This document shows positions 1 to 8,994 of a stretch of DNA of 64,000 bases, one piece after another. A program made the position numbers and the translations under genes. The notes under the pieces were generated by a model. The model ran no database searches, was not told the DNA's origin, and saw only the letters and a program-made list of their open reading frames with translations. The number at the start of each line of letters is the position of its first letter. The first letter of the stretch is position 1. Source of the stretch: a virus; the IMG/VR virus record IMGVR_UViG_3300037258_000145, positions 23,684 to 87,683 of that record; one strand, 5' to 3'.

Positions 1-1473
1 GTTCTGCTCACTGGAGCACCCAGCATAAGTGCTGTCACTGCCGGTTACGTAGACGCCAACGCCGTAGTCGGGGGCCTGGTTCTGGGTTCCCCGCCCGGCA
101 CCGTACATGGGTCGCTGGGGAGCCAACCAGTTGGCGGTGTCCGTCGAGGGGGTGCCACTGTAGGCGGTTAAAGACGAGGCGGCGATGTAGATGCAACCGA
201 GATAAATAGTGGCGGCGCCCGCGGCCCAGTTCAGTCCATTGGTGTAGGGAACTGCCGTGCCGCTGTTGTAGAAGTGACAGTCCGCATAGGAGTTGTCGCC
301 CGCCGCGTTCCACGATCCGCTGAGACCGTTCTCGGAATACTTACAGGCAATGTGCTCATTGTCGAAGTTGCCCTGGAAGTGGCCGCTACCGCCGTTGTGA
401 TTGCAATAGACATTGAAATAGGTGATCTCACCGTGACCGCCAATTGTGCCGTTGATACCCTCGCCCGTCTGGTTCTTGATCGCCACCCGCTCGATGAGCG
501 CATTCGTGTCGAAATCACTGGCCGAAGTGGTGTCAAGAAGCAGCCCTGAATGCCAGTCACCCAAGGTCTGAGCATTTTCCTTGACAATCCGCAGATTGGC
601 CAGTCGGAACCATTGCGCGGCCCCCGTAGCCGACAGAGCAGCGCAGTCGGCATTCGCCGCCTGTGTGATGAAATACCCATTGGCCCATCCGAGACCTTCA
701 AGATTGCCGCCGCTTGGGATGACAAGAGTCGTGGATACGGTGACGACGGGATCTGTGAGCCACAGTACACCAAGCCCTCCAGGCCCAGCCGCCGCGAAAG
801 TAGCCCAGTTGGCCAGTCCTCCGATGGCCGTAGTGCTTGAGAGACCCAAGTTGAAGTTGATGTCGACCTCGGTCCCAGACGTGACCTTGATCGTCTCATT
901 GGGCGACGTGACCGTTCCGCCACCGCCTCCTCCTGGCCCCCACGCCGCCGATGCCCCGCTTGAAGGAGCAGTGGGCACGTAGCCGGGCGTAGGAGTGCCG
1001 GTGGCAAGTTGGGACAAGGGGACCACGCCGACAGGGCCCGTGCTGGCTACTCCGTTGGCCACTCCGACCGAAGTCACCAGCACGTATGAGTACGTCGGCG
1101 TCGACGTGGACGGAGAAAGTTGAGACAGGTCGATCGTCCCCCCAGGTGCCGCGTGAGGGATTACGACATCGTAGGTGCGCGACGGGGAGCCGGTGATGTT
1201 TTCAGTAACGACCCACGTGGAGCCGGTCGGCTGCGTCGTGGTGTCGTCGTTGGCGATCAGGACGATACCGACGGTGCTGTTGACCGAGATCTGGCCGCTG
1301 CCGTTGAGGGTGGCCGTCAGGGGGTTGGTGGAGGCGTCGGCGAACAGCTTGTCAGTCGAGTCCTGCAACAGGGTCGACAACCGGAATGTGACGGAACCTG
1401 CGGCGGGCGTTAGACCGTCACCTGACCCAAAAGGGACCAAATATGTCCCCGTAACGACGATAGGTGTAAACAG
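1..1473 (-). CDS. Tail fibre/tailspike-like protein with beta-helix (pectin-lyase-like) region; runs off the window; probable CTG start
   Basis: Manually translated open frame 1473 to 1, absent from the ORF track: (L)FTPIVVTGTYLVPFGSGDGLTPAAGSVTFRLST...GGGGGG...VSTTLVIPSGGNLEGLG...NVYCNHNGGSG. In-frame TAG lies just upstream of AGGAGGCAT-CTG. Confidence 0.7.
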   Translation of the reverse strand, partial: MFTPIVVTGTYLVPFGSGDGLTPAAGSVTFRLSTLLQDSTDKLFADASTNPLTATLNGSGQISVNSTVGIVLIANDDTTTQPTGSTWVVTENITGSPSRTYDVVIPHAAPGGTIDLSQLSPSTSTPTYSYVLVTSVGVANGVASTGPVGVVPLSQLATGTPTPGYVPTAPSSGASAAWGPGGGGGGTVTSPNETIKVTSGTEVDINFNLGLSSTTAIGGLANWATFAAAGPGGLGVLWLTDPVVTVSTTLVIPSGGNLEGLGWANGYFITQAANADCAALSATGAAQWFRLANLRIVKENAQTLGDWHSGLLLDTTSASDFDTNALIERVAIKNQTGEGINGTIGGHGEITYFNVYCNHNGGSGHFQGNFDNEHIACKYSENGLSGSWNAAGDNSYADCHFYNSGTAVPYTNGLNWAAGAATIYLGCIYIAASSLTAYSGTPSTDTANWLAPQRPMYGAGRGTQNQAPDYGVGVYVTGSDSTYAGCSSEQN

Positions 1474-1493
1474 ATGCCTCCTCTACGCCAAGC

Positions 1494-1874
1494 CTAGACC
1501 GGACAGAAGACAGTCGTCCGCATGCTCCACACCGCGTTTGATGGCGTGCCGGTGTAGCCGATCACCAGGGAGTAAGTGTGGCCCACGGTGAGAGCCGACC
1601 CGCGCAGCATTTGGGTGATGAGCCCGCCTGAGACCGAGGGGACGTCGGACAGGGTGACGACGCTGTTGGGCGTGGTCGAGGTATCGGTCAGGACCGAAGT
1701 GGGGAAGCGGAGCCCCGTGTCGCCAGTCGCGTTCTGATAGGTCGTCGGATCGAAGGTGAACAGTAAGGCATCAGTCGAACCGACCTCGATGGTGGCGGGC
1801 AGCGTGTCGATCAGCATGGGGACCTGAGCGACCAAAGACAGGGTGCGTGGAGGTGCGAATACCAGGAGTGCCAC
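1494..1874 (-). CDS. Small beta-rich virion/tail accessory protein
   Basis: 126-aa T/S/V-rich ORF within the tail gene cluster. Confidence 0.5.
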   Translation of the reverse strand: MALLVFAPPRTLSLVAQVPMLIDTLPATIEVGSTDALLFTFDPTTYQNATGDTGLRFPTSVLTDTSTTPNSVVTLSDVPSVSGGLITQMLRGSALTVGHTYSLVIGYTGTPSNAVWSMRTTVFCPV

Positions 1875-1959
1875 TTCACCTGGGCCCTCGTTCGGTGATG
1901 ACTTGTCGAACCTGGTTTGACAGATGCCTCCTCGACCCTCAGTGTAGTTGAGATGTCAC

Positions 1960-2742
1960 TCAGTGCTGCCACACCCGGACGTAGTCGACCATCATCACCG
2001 AAGGTGAGACGATCGGCGGGCTCAATGTGGACGAGCTGCCCAGGTTGAGGATCATGTACTCAAGCGAGCCGATGATGCCAGGAGCACCTATCCCGGCCGA
2101 GGTGAAACCGCCAATCAGCACGCCGTCGTAGTAGAAGTTGACAAAGCCGGGCTCCCAGTCACAAGCGAAGGTGTGCCAGCCGCCGGCATAGGTCCCACCG
2201 GAACCGGTCAAAGGACCGTAGGCGCCGTTGGCGTTGTTGTAGTGGGCTTTGGCGATACCACCAATGCCCTCCATGATGTCGATCTCACCGGCGCTCTCGT
2301 CCGAGGAGTAGCCGTGCAGCCAGAAGGAGGGCCAGTTGTCGATGACCCCTGTCGTGTCCGCTAGCCAGATGCGCGCCTCAAAGAACCCGTAGGACGCGGC
2401 GAAGCAGGGAGGGGTGGTCCAGGGGTAGGCGTTGGCCAATGTGCAAACAAGACCGGAGGTGTAGTCAAAGGTCCCCTTGGAACTCGTATTCGTCTCGGTG
2501 ATCATGGTCAGAGTCATCACGCTGTCGGCGACGCTGACCTGAGGGGAATAGTAAACGCACTCATCGAGCACGTTGATAGGTCCAGTAACGGTGCTGTCGT
2601 TGCCGAAGAAGGCAGGCGTCCACATCGTCTCGTTGAGAGATGAGCCGTTGAACTCGTCGTCAAAGATCAGGTGCCACGGACCGGGGATGTCACCCGTTGG
2701 CATCGGAGCCGCGGTGGCGGCCATAAGGCGAGCGAATTGCAT
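1960..2742 (-). CDS. Glycoside hydrolase family 16 (beta-glucanase-like)
   Basis: WHLIFDDEFNGSSLN, YGFFEARI, WPSFW, catalytic EIDIME, WHTFACDW, MMVDYVRVWQ. Confidence 0.9.
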   Translation of the reverse strand: MQFARLMAATAAPMPTGDIPGPWHLIFDDEFNGSSLNETMWTPAFFGNDSTVTGPINVLDECVYYSPQVSVADSVMTLTMITETNTSSKGTFDYTSGLVCTLANAYPWTTPPCFAASYGFFEARIWLADTTGVIDNWPSFWLHGYSSDESAGEIDIMEGIGGIAKAHYNNANGAYGPLTGSGGTYAGGWHTFACDWEPGFVNFYYDGVLIGGFTSAGIGAPGIIGSLEYMILNLGSSSTLSPPIVSPSVMMVDYVRVWQH

Positions 2743-2755
2743 TTAGAGCGGGGGT

Positions 2756-3328
2756 CTACGCTGCCTCAAGGTATTGGCCAACGATGGCGCTCGTCTGGGT
2801 CCCGGTGGCGCTCAGGAGCCGGTAATAGCCTGCTGGGACCTTGCACCGGAAGGTCATGATGCCGACCGAAGTGGAGCCGGTGACAAGAGTCGTCTGGGCT
2901 GGCGTGGCTGTCTTACCCACCCCGTCCGCAACCACTAGCGATGTGTTGGCGGTCACGTCCACGTAGACCGTGCACCACACGTCATAGCTCAGGATGTTCT
3001 GCCACGCGGTGCCGAGAACTAAGTTCCCGAGGGCGGTTTGGATGGTGGCTGAAGTCGGCGGGGCTGAGGCGACGGTACCGGGAACAGTCGGAGGGGTGGC
3101 GTTGATGCCCAGTTCAAGCTGAGCCCCAAGAGCGGCGGTGATAGCGGCATTGACGAAGGCGGTATTGGCACCAGCCTGCGAGTTGTCCCCAGCGGGTTGG
3201 GTTGGGACCTTTGGTGCCGGGATCGTCGGTGTATTCAGCGGTGCGACCAGATGCCTCCTTGGGGCATAGCCTACAGCCTGACCGCCCCAGGTCCCGGTAC
3301 CCCATGAGGAGCTACCCCACTGGCTCAC
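2756..3328 (-). CDS. Tail fibre-like structural protein (possible second start at CTG 3250)
   Basis: PTQPAGDNSQAGANTAFV resembles the common tail-fibre repeat; internal in-frame AGGAGGCATCTG at 3248-3259. Confidence 0.6.
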   Translation of the reverse strand: MSQWGSSSWGTGTWGGQAVGYAPRRHLVAPLNTPTIPAPKVPTQPAGDNSQAGANTAFVNAAITAALGAQLELGINATPPTVPGTVASAPPTSATIQTALGNLVLGTAWQNILSYDVWCTVYVDVTANTSLVVADGVGKTATPAQTTLVTGSTSVGIMTFRCKVPAGYYRLLSATGTQTSAIVGQYLEAA

Positions 3329-3429
3329 CGGGCTTGGTGCTTACGCCTTCGCCACACCCCGTAGATGATCGACAGGCCCAACCAGACTTCGGCGACGTCG
3401 CGGTAACTGTCCGATAGGAAGTGGATCAC
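3325..3429 (-). CDS. 34-aa single-TM micro-protein
   Basis: Manual translation MIHFLSDSYRDVAEVWLGLSIIYGVWRRRKHQAR; GTGA overlaps with both neighbours. Confidence 0.5.
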   Translation of the reverse strand: MIHFLSDSYRDVAEVWLGLSIIYGVWRRRKHQAR

Positions 3430-5759
3430 AGGCCCGTACTCCCGCCGTCTTGGCTACCACAGGTCGACCCCTGCCAGTTGGCGTAGGTCTGAGCGGTTCC
3501 CTGTCCCAGGCACGCCACAGCCCATGTCCCGGTGTATACGTTGTTGCTCCAGAGGTTGCCGTAGTGCAGGACCACGTTGTTTTGCGTAGCGCTCCCGGCA
3601 TAGGGTGACCATCCGCACAAGTTCGGAGCACCCCCGGAACAACTCCCTGAGTTGCCCCACAAGGCTTGGTATCCGCAGAGGTTGGTCGACGCTGGAGGAG
3701 AGCCCGTTGGCGCCACGCAACCAGCAAGCGAAGTCGGCGCCATATTGAACACATCAGATTGCGCGGTTACGTTCTGACTGGCCCAGGTGCAGGCATTGAA
3801 ATAGGCGTTACCGTGCGACGTGCCATTCAGGTTGGCCACCCCACACCCCCCGGCGGCGCCCACACCTATCTCCACGCTGGTCCCGGTACCAACCGCGGGC
3901 GTTGTGAGCGTGCAGGCATTAGCGCTGGCGCACGTCGAAATGGTGTCGCCCGCCGTGATGCACGCGCTTGATCCTCCGCCGCATGTCGACGCCGCCCACA
4001 CGTAGTCTCCGTTAGCTGGTGTTGTGCCCGCGCCGGTCTGGATGTTCTTGAAGCCGGCAGCCGAGGTGATAGCCGTCGTACCGTTCGTTACCCCGTCAGC
4101 GACACCGAGACCGGCGTTGTCGTAGTACGTGGACGGGTTGACCAGCGGGCAGTTGAGTTGATAGGGCGAGCCACAGAACCGGTTGCGGTCCTGGTAAACA
4201 TCGATGCCATCCCAGTTGTTGGTGAAAACGTCGCCCTCGATATTGGCAGTGTTGGCAAGCGAAGAGACGAGACCGGACGAGCCGCTGATCGTGGTGCCAC
4301 CGGAGGACGAGATGTAAATGGCCGGTGTGTAGTTGGAGTAGATCGTGCTACTGCCATCGATCGGGCCCTCACCGTCGGCGCAGGACGCCGAGTGGCCATT
4401 GAAGGTGGACGACGAGCAGGACGGCCAAGAGAAGTCATTCGAGGTCCCGTTGCCCTCGAATAGGTTGTTCAGCACCTGGACGTTGGCGCTGGCCTCGAAG
4501 TCGAGACCATAGCCGAAATTACCCTGGATGACGTTGTAGTTGACGTCCAAGCCCGCGTTGTTAAAGTCGAACCAGGTGCCCACGTAGTAGTTAACGTCGA
4601 CCCAGTTACCCAGGGCTTGGCACTGCGAGACCGTGTCGGACCCATCTGGCCCGCTCCCGGTGGCGCACGTGCCTGGCGCCCCAAAGGTGACGTTGGTAGC
4701 CCACAGCAGCTTGCCACCGCCCGAGTTACCGCCTCCACCATCAGCGTTGTCGGGGTAGTAGCCGATCCCGTTCTGAGTAATCTCGTTGGACTGGATGGTG
4801 ATGTCATCGGCACCGCCGGCCGAATTGGGGTCGGGGCAATGCGTGCCGTCCCCGGTGCAGGAGACGTTGTAACCGCCTTGATTGTTCTCGGTGATGCAGT
4901 TGCCGGTCAGAACGTCACCGGTCCCAAGATTGACCCCGTACCCGTACGCCTCGTCACCCTGGTAGCTGCTCGTCCCGTAATTGGGGCCGATCGTGTTGTG
5001 CGCGACGGTCCAGTCCGGCGTGTCGTTTGAGTTGATCAGCGCGTTGTTGTTGCCGGTGGCCCATCCGGTCACGGTCAGGTACTCAACCGTCACACCTGTC
5101 GCCGAGGTCGAGCCGTCTATGGCGTAACCGTTGGCCGTGCTGGTGCCTTCGAGCGTGGCCTCAGGGGGGCTGTCCCCGGAGTTGTAACCACCCTCCAACA
5201 CGTCGCCCGTAAAGACCGTGAACCCCGTGGAGTTGGTGCTGAAGGTGTGGTTGCCAGGAGCCAGCCAGTAGCTTGTGCTCGGCGCGAGCGTGACTGAGGA
5301 ATTGTCGCCCGCTGCGATGGTCGTGAAGCCACCAGGGGCCGACGTAGGGCCGTGGAGCCCCGACGTAGCGCAGACCGCAGTCCCCGCCGTTGGAGCGTTG
5401 CCTCCTGGCGTCGTCGTGGTTGTGGTGGAGCTGCTGGTGGTACTTGAGCTGGTGGTCGTGCCCGACGTGCTCTGCGAATAGTTCGGGGGCCAAAAGACCG
5501 AGTTGAGCGACCAGGTGATGACAAGGACGCTGAAGGCGATGCCGATTACTGCCTCGGTAACCCTCAGGATGGCCTGGTTCCGCTTGTGGCGCAGGGTGAG
5601 GGCGGCGACTACCTGCTGGCGCGCATGGAGCATGATGGCACCGCATTCGAGACAGCCCATCCACCACTCGGTCGGGTCGTGACCGTGGATGCAGCGCTCT
5701 ACGACAGCGGGGGGCGGAGCCTGCTGGGGTGCAGCCCAGGTCGGGCGTTTTCTGTTCAC
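3426..5759 (-). CDS. Membrane-anchored right-handed beta-helix protein
   Basis: N-terminal TM helix (AVIGIAFSVLVITWSL), S/T linker, N/G-rich beta-helix repeats (ITIQSNEITQNG, VNYNVIQGNFGYG), many Cys. Confidence 0.7.
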   Translation of the reverse strand: MNRKRPTWAAPQQAPPPAVVERCIHGHDPTEWWMGCLECGAIMLHARQQVVAALTLRHKRNQAILRVTEAVIGIAFSVLVITWSLNSVFWPPNYSQSTSGTTTSSSTTSSSTTTTTTPGGNAPTAGTAVCATSGLHGPTSAPGGFTTIAAGDNSSVTLAPSTSYWLAPGNHTFSTNSTGFTVFTGDVLEGGYNSGDSPPEATLEGTSTANGYAIDGSTSATGVTVEYLTVTGWATGNNNALINSNDTPDWTVAHNTIGPNYGTSSYQGDEAYGYGVNLGTGDVLTGNCITENNQGGYNVSCTGDGTHCPDPNSAGGADDITIQSNEITQNGIGYYPDNADGGGGNSGGGKLLWATNVTFGAPGTCATGSGPDGSDTVSQCQALGNWVDVNYYVGTWFDFNNAGLDVNYNVIQGNFGYGLDFEASANVQVLNNLFEGNGTSNDFSWPSCSSSTFNGHSASCADGEGPIDGSSTIYSNYTPAIYISSSGGTTISGSSGLVSSLANTANIEGDVFTNNWDGIDVYQDRNRFCGSPYQLNCPLVNPSTYYDNAGLGVADGVTNGTTAITSAAGFKNIQTGAGTTPANGDYVWAASTCGGGSSACITAGDTISTCASANACTLTTPAVGTGTSVEIGVGAAGGCGVANLNGTSHGNAYFNACTWASQNVTAQSDVFNMAPTSLAGCVAPTGSPPASTNLCGYQALWGNSGSCSGGAPNLCGWSPYAGSATQNNVVLHYGNLWSNNVYTGTWAVACLGQGTAQTYANWQGSTCGSQDGGSTGL

Positions 5760-5771
5760 GCTTCAAAGTCC

Positions 5772-6443
5772 TCAGGAGTGGGCAAGTTCTATCTCCGTGA
5801 TCGAGGCAAAGCCACCGGATGTCGGGCTGACCACGACGTTAGCGGTACCGGTCGACGTGACAACCCCGTACCAGATCTCTCCGTCTTGGCCGCCGTTGGT
5901 GGCTGTCTGCGCGGCTACCGCTTTGGCGAACCCGCCTGAGACGAGCGAACAGGTGACACCGGTTACGGCTGTCTCGGCTCCCATGGAAATCATGACCACC
6001 ACCAGGTTGCCGATGGTGTGAGTGGTGATCGACAGGGACGCGAACCCGGACCCGTCCCCGCTGGCTACACCAACCTCGCTGATGGTCTTGGCGGGGTAGA
6101 AGAACAGCGCCGCGATAACGCCGCAGTTGTCCGAGCCGTTGTTGTTGTTCGCCGCCGTCGGCGTCGTGACGGACGAAATGCTTGTGTTGTAACAGTAATA
6201 GTTGGTGGTTGCCCCGCCAGGATTGCCGTAGGTGTAGCCCGAGGTCGAACCGCCTGAGTTGGTGCCATAGCTCCAGAAGTTCAGGCCGACATAAGCCTCG
6301 TTGGAGTTAGCCGGCGTCAGGCTGGGGAAGCTGAAAACAGATCCGCTGACCGGTGCGTCGGCATTGGCTCCGGTGGTGTCGACCTGCCAGCCGGTAGCGG
6401 GGGGCGCCGAGACCGCTGCGGCCAGGAGCCGGGCGAATTGCAT
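5772..6443 (-). CDS. Tail-associated accessory protein
   Basis: ATG at 6443 overlaps the upstream TGA; starts MQFARLLAAAVSAPP; T/S/G-rich. Confidence 0.55.
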   Translation of the reverse strand: MQFARLLAAAVSAPPATGWQVDTTGANADAPVSGSVFSFPSLTPANSNEAYVGLNFWSYGTNSGGSTSGYTYGNPGGATTNYYCYNTSISSVTTPTAANNNNGSDNCGVIAALFFYPAKTISEVGVASGDGSGFASLSITTHTIGNLVVVMISMGAETAVTGVTCSLVSGGFAKAVAAQTATNGGQDGEIWYGVVTSTGTANVVVSPTSGGFASITEIELAHS

Positions 6444-8047
6444 CAGGCGTCGAGCAGCGCCGAGGCGATCCAGGCGCTCCGGTGCACGGACCAAGCCAGG
6501 ACCAGGGTGTCAGTTTTGCCGTTGGTAGCCGTGAAGGTGGGAGCCGATCCGCCCACCCACGCCAGGGTCGCGCCGGTAAAAGTCCACGACGCCGCTGAGC
6601 CCGAGGCGGGTTGGTGGAGCATCGCTGCTATCTGGTCTCCTGGGTAGCCGGCGGGCACGGTGATGGCGCAGGAGTCGCCCGCTGTACCTAGAAGCTCAGT
6701 GAGCTTGTTGCGGACCAAGGTACCTGTGGTAGTAACGGTGGCCTGGGATGGGATCAGCGGTTGGGTCTCGGTGATCTGCCAGGTGTTGGCTGCTACCCGA
6801 ACGAGCGTGGCCTTCTCGACTCCACCGGTCAGGGCCACGATGACCGAGGTAGAGGTGGAACCGTTCAGCGATGCCGTGCCGTCGGTGGTGAACGTGATGG
6901 TACCGACACCGGACAGGCCAGTAACCACGATGATGTCAGCGGTGCCCGATGCCCACGCCGTGCCGAACGTCGAATCGTCGGTGACGGTGATCGCGCAGCC
7001 CGAGGAGTCGGAGCACTCGATGAGAGCCCCGACGTCGGTGTGGCTCAGGTTGTGCGTGGCACCGGCCACAGCCACAATGGCAGTCAGGCCCGTGCCCTCG
7101 ATGGTGACAATGCCGTTAGCGCCCGCGGTCGTGACTACCGGCTTGATCCCTGCGGTACCGATGAACTCAACGTTTCCAGTGGCGTTGGCCGACCCGTCGG
7201 TGATCTCCGAGACACCCGAGGACCCGCCGCCGCCCTCCACCCAGGTCTGAGACGAGGTGTCGATGGTGATACCGGCCGTCGGGGTAGCGAGGACCCAGTA
7301 GTACCCGGCGTAGGTACCGAGCTTGACGTGACAGACGCGCCCGCCGTTCACCACGGCCCCCGACGGGAACTCAGTGATACGGGTTAGCGCGCTGGAGGCG
7401 CCGTTCCATTGCCATAGCCCGTTCTGACTGGCCGTGGACTGCACCGTGAGTAGGAGCAGATCGCCGGCGGCCAGCGAGTAGCCGTTGATCGTGGCGCCGG
7501 GAGCGGACAGGGAAGCGATGTTCGACGTCGCCACCGTGGCCGCGGGGGTCAGCTCGGGGACGTGCAGGCCGAAGCGGTTGGTGCCGATGTTGGCGAAGAT
7601 GAGGGTCTTGTCGACCAGGTTGGACGATGCAAGCGACGACGCCCCGCCTGATACGTATATCTCGTTGATGGCGATGTACCCCGAAGGACAGGCGGCCCGG
7701 ACGGGAGGATTGCCGTTGCCAGGTGTCCAGTTGACGACGGAGCACTGCGCGCCCTGGACGATCGAAAGCGTGCCGCTGGGGTTGGAGACGACAAGGTCCT
7801 TGCGGTCGAACGTGGAGGCTGTGGCGCACGTCACGTTGCCGCTAGACCACGAGACGGGGCTCCAGTTCGATATGCCCGTACCGGCCACCACAGCCACCGT
7901 CAGACCGCTTACGACGCTGACGCTGCCACCCGTCAGTACCCCGGTACCGAAGATGGCGTTGACGAGCAGATCGATGTCGTTGACGTCGTCGGCTGCTTGA
8001 CCGGCGTAGGTCGGAGAGTCCTGGGCGTTGTAGAGCTTTAGGGCCAG
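6443..8047 (-). CDS. Tail fibre-like virion protein; probable CTG start
   Basis: Contains GATINGYSLAAGDLLLLTVQSTASQNGLW, a common fibre/decoration motif. Frame extends 50 codons above the ORF-track start to CTG GCC CTA AAG after AGGAGGCAT. Confidence 0.7.
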   Translation of the reverse strand: MALKLYNAQDSPTYAGQAADDVNDIDLLVNAIFGTGVLTGGSVSVVSGLTVAVVAGTGISNWSPVSWSSGNVTCATASTFDRKDLVVSNPSGTLSIVQGAQCSVVNWTPGNGNPPVRAACPSGYIAINEIYVSGGASSLASSNLVDKTLIFANIGTNRFGLHVPELTPAATVATSNIASLSAPGATINGYSLAAGDLLLLTVQSTASQNGLWQWNGASSALTRITEFPSGAVVNGGRVCHVKLGTYAGYYWVLATPTAGITIDTSSQTWVEGGGGSSGVSEITDGSANATGNVEFIGTAGIKPVVTTAGANGIVTIEGTGLTAIVAVAGATHNLSHTDVGALIECSDSSGCAITVTDDSTFGTAWASGTADIIVVTGLSGVGTITFTTDGTASLNGSTSTSVIVALTGGVEKATLVRVAANTWQITETQPLIPSQATVTTTGTLVRNKLTELLGTAGDSCAITVPAGYPGDQIAAMLHQPASGSAASWTFTGATLAWVGGSAPTFTATNGKTDTLVLAWSVHRSAWIASALLDA

Positions 8048-8140
8048 ATGCCTCCTGAGGTCGTCACCGAGGTAATCCTACGCCGCGAACGGTCAGCCTG
8101 CTAGCGATGACCACCAGCCCCTCATGCTAAGCTTGCTTTC

Positions 8141-8347
8141 GTGAAGTCCGACTCAAAACCTTCCGTGGACTGGAACGCTGGCTTTCTCTGGTTTCTCATC
8201 ACCGGTGTGCTCGGATTCTGGCTCCTGGTTGTCGCATACCACTCGCACAACTGGGAGAGGGCAAATATCCCCGACGAACTACTGTACGTAGCTCTCCCTA
8301 CGATCAGTCTTCTTGTGGGATGGCTCGTGGCAAAGTTCTCTCGATAA
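8141..8347 (+). CDS. Two-TM small membrane protein, leaderless
   Basis: Two hydrophobic helices; TGC-TAAGCT -10 box at 8128-8133, 7 nt before GTG. Confidence 0.6.
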   Translation: MKSDSKPSVDWNAGFLWFLITGVLGFWLLVVAYHSHNWERANIPDELLYVALPTISLLVGWLVAKFSR

Positions 8348-8371
8348 AAGCGCGCGGTCACCGCGCGCTTT
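8347..8371. repeat. Dispersed palindrome copy 1
   Basis: AAAG-CGCGCGGTCACCGCGCG-CTTT between convergent genes. Confidence 0.9.
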
Positions 8372-8901
8372 CAGGGGTCGACGCCAGGATTGTTCGGGTT
8401 GTAGTAGCTGCCAGGCAGGAAGTTGGCAGTCTCTTCGACGGTCATCACCATGTCGGCGGCGAAGAGGGCGAAACCCTGGCCTGAAGCGTTGGCCCTGATC
8501 CGGGTGTAGTCGACCGACCACTTCTCCCCGACATTCAAGAACTGGGTCTGGAACCCCGTCACCGGATCGGTCCACGGCACCACGGCGTCTGCTGGGTAGA
8601 CGAGGAACTGCGCCAGGACTTGGTCGATCACAAGCGGAAAAGCTGTATCGAGGGCGGGATCATCGAGATTCATTCCTTGCGTCAGTTGGATGTCGACCTG
8701 CCAGGTGAACTTGTAGAAGCCCTGAGGACGAGGAGCGGACTGACGGGCACCGGTCATGCGTCCGCCCCAGATGTAGGCCGCTGGCGCACTGGCACTGTTG
8801 GCCATGACAGGATCGCTGATGTATGCCTGAACCGGATCGGTCTGTGGCGTCCCGAGCCCATCGAGCTGCCCGAAGATCCAGCGCTGGAGGCTTGCTAACG
8901 T
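8371..8901 (-). CDS. Tail terminator/head-tail completion-like protein (start uncertain: ATG 8805 or near-cognate ACG 8901)
   Basis: Position after the connector-like gene; frame open upstream of 8805 (LASLQRWIFGQLDGLGTP) up to TGA 8908-8910. Confidence 0.5.
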   Translation of the reverse strand, partial: TLASLQRWIFGQLDGLGTPQTDPVQAYISDPVMANSASAPAAYIWGGRMTGARQSAPRPQGFYKFTWQVDIQLTQGMNLDDPALDTAFPLVIDQVLAQFLVYPADAVVPWTDPVTGFQTQFLNVGEKWSVDYTRIRANASGQGFALFAADMVMTVEETANFLPGSYYNPNNPGVDP

Positions 8902-8994
8902 AGCTGCTCACCTGCTCCCATCAGCACGCGGCCAACCCAAGCCCTGTTCTTTGCGCTTGAGATACTCTACGTCTGACCTGTGCGATCTCATCTA

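Noticed and set aside
231-1007. 258-aa minus-strand ORF in the track
   Set aside because: Wrong frame; the protein-like frame is the open-ended one from 1473 to 1.
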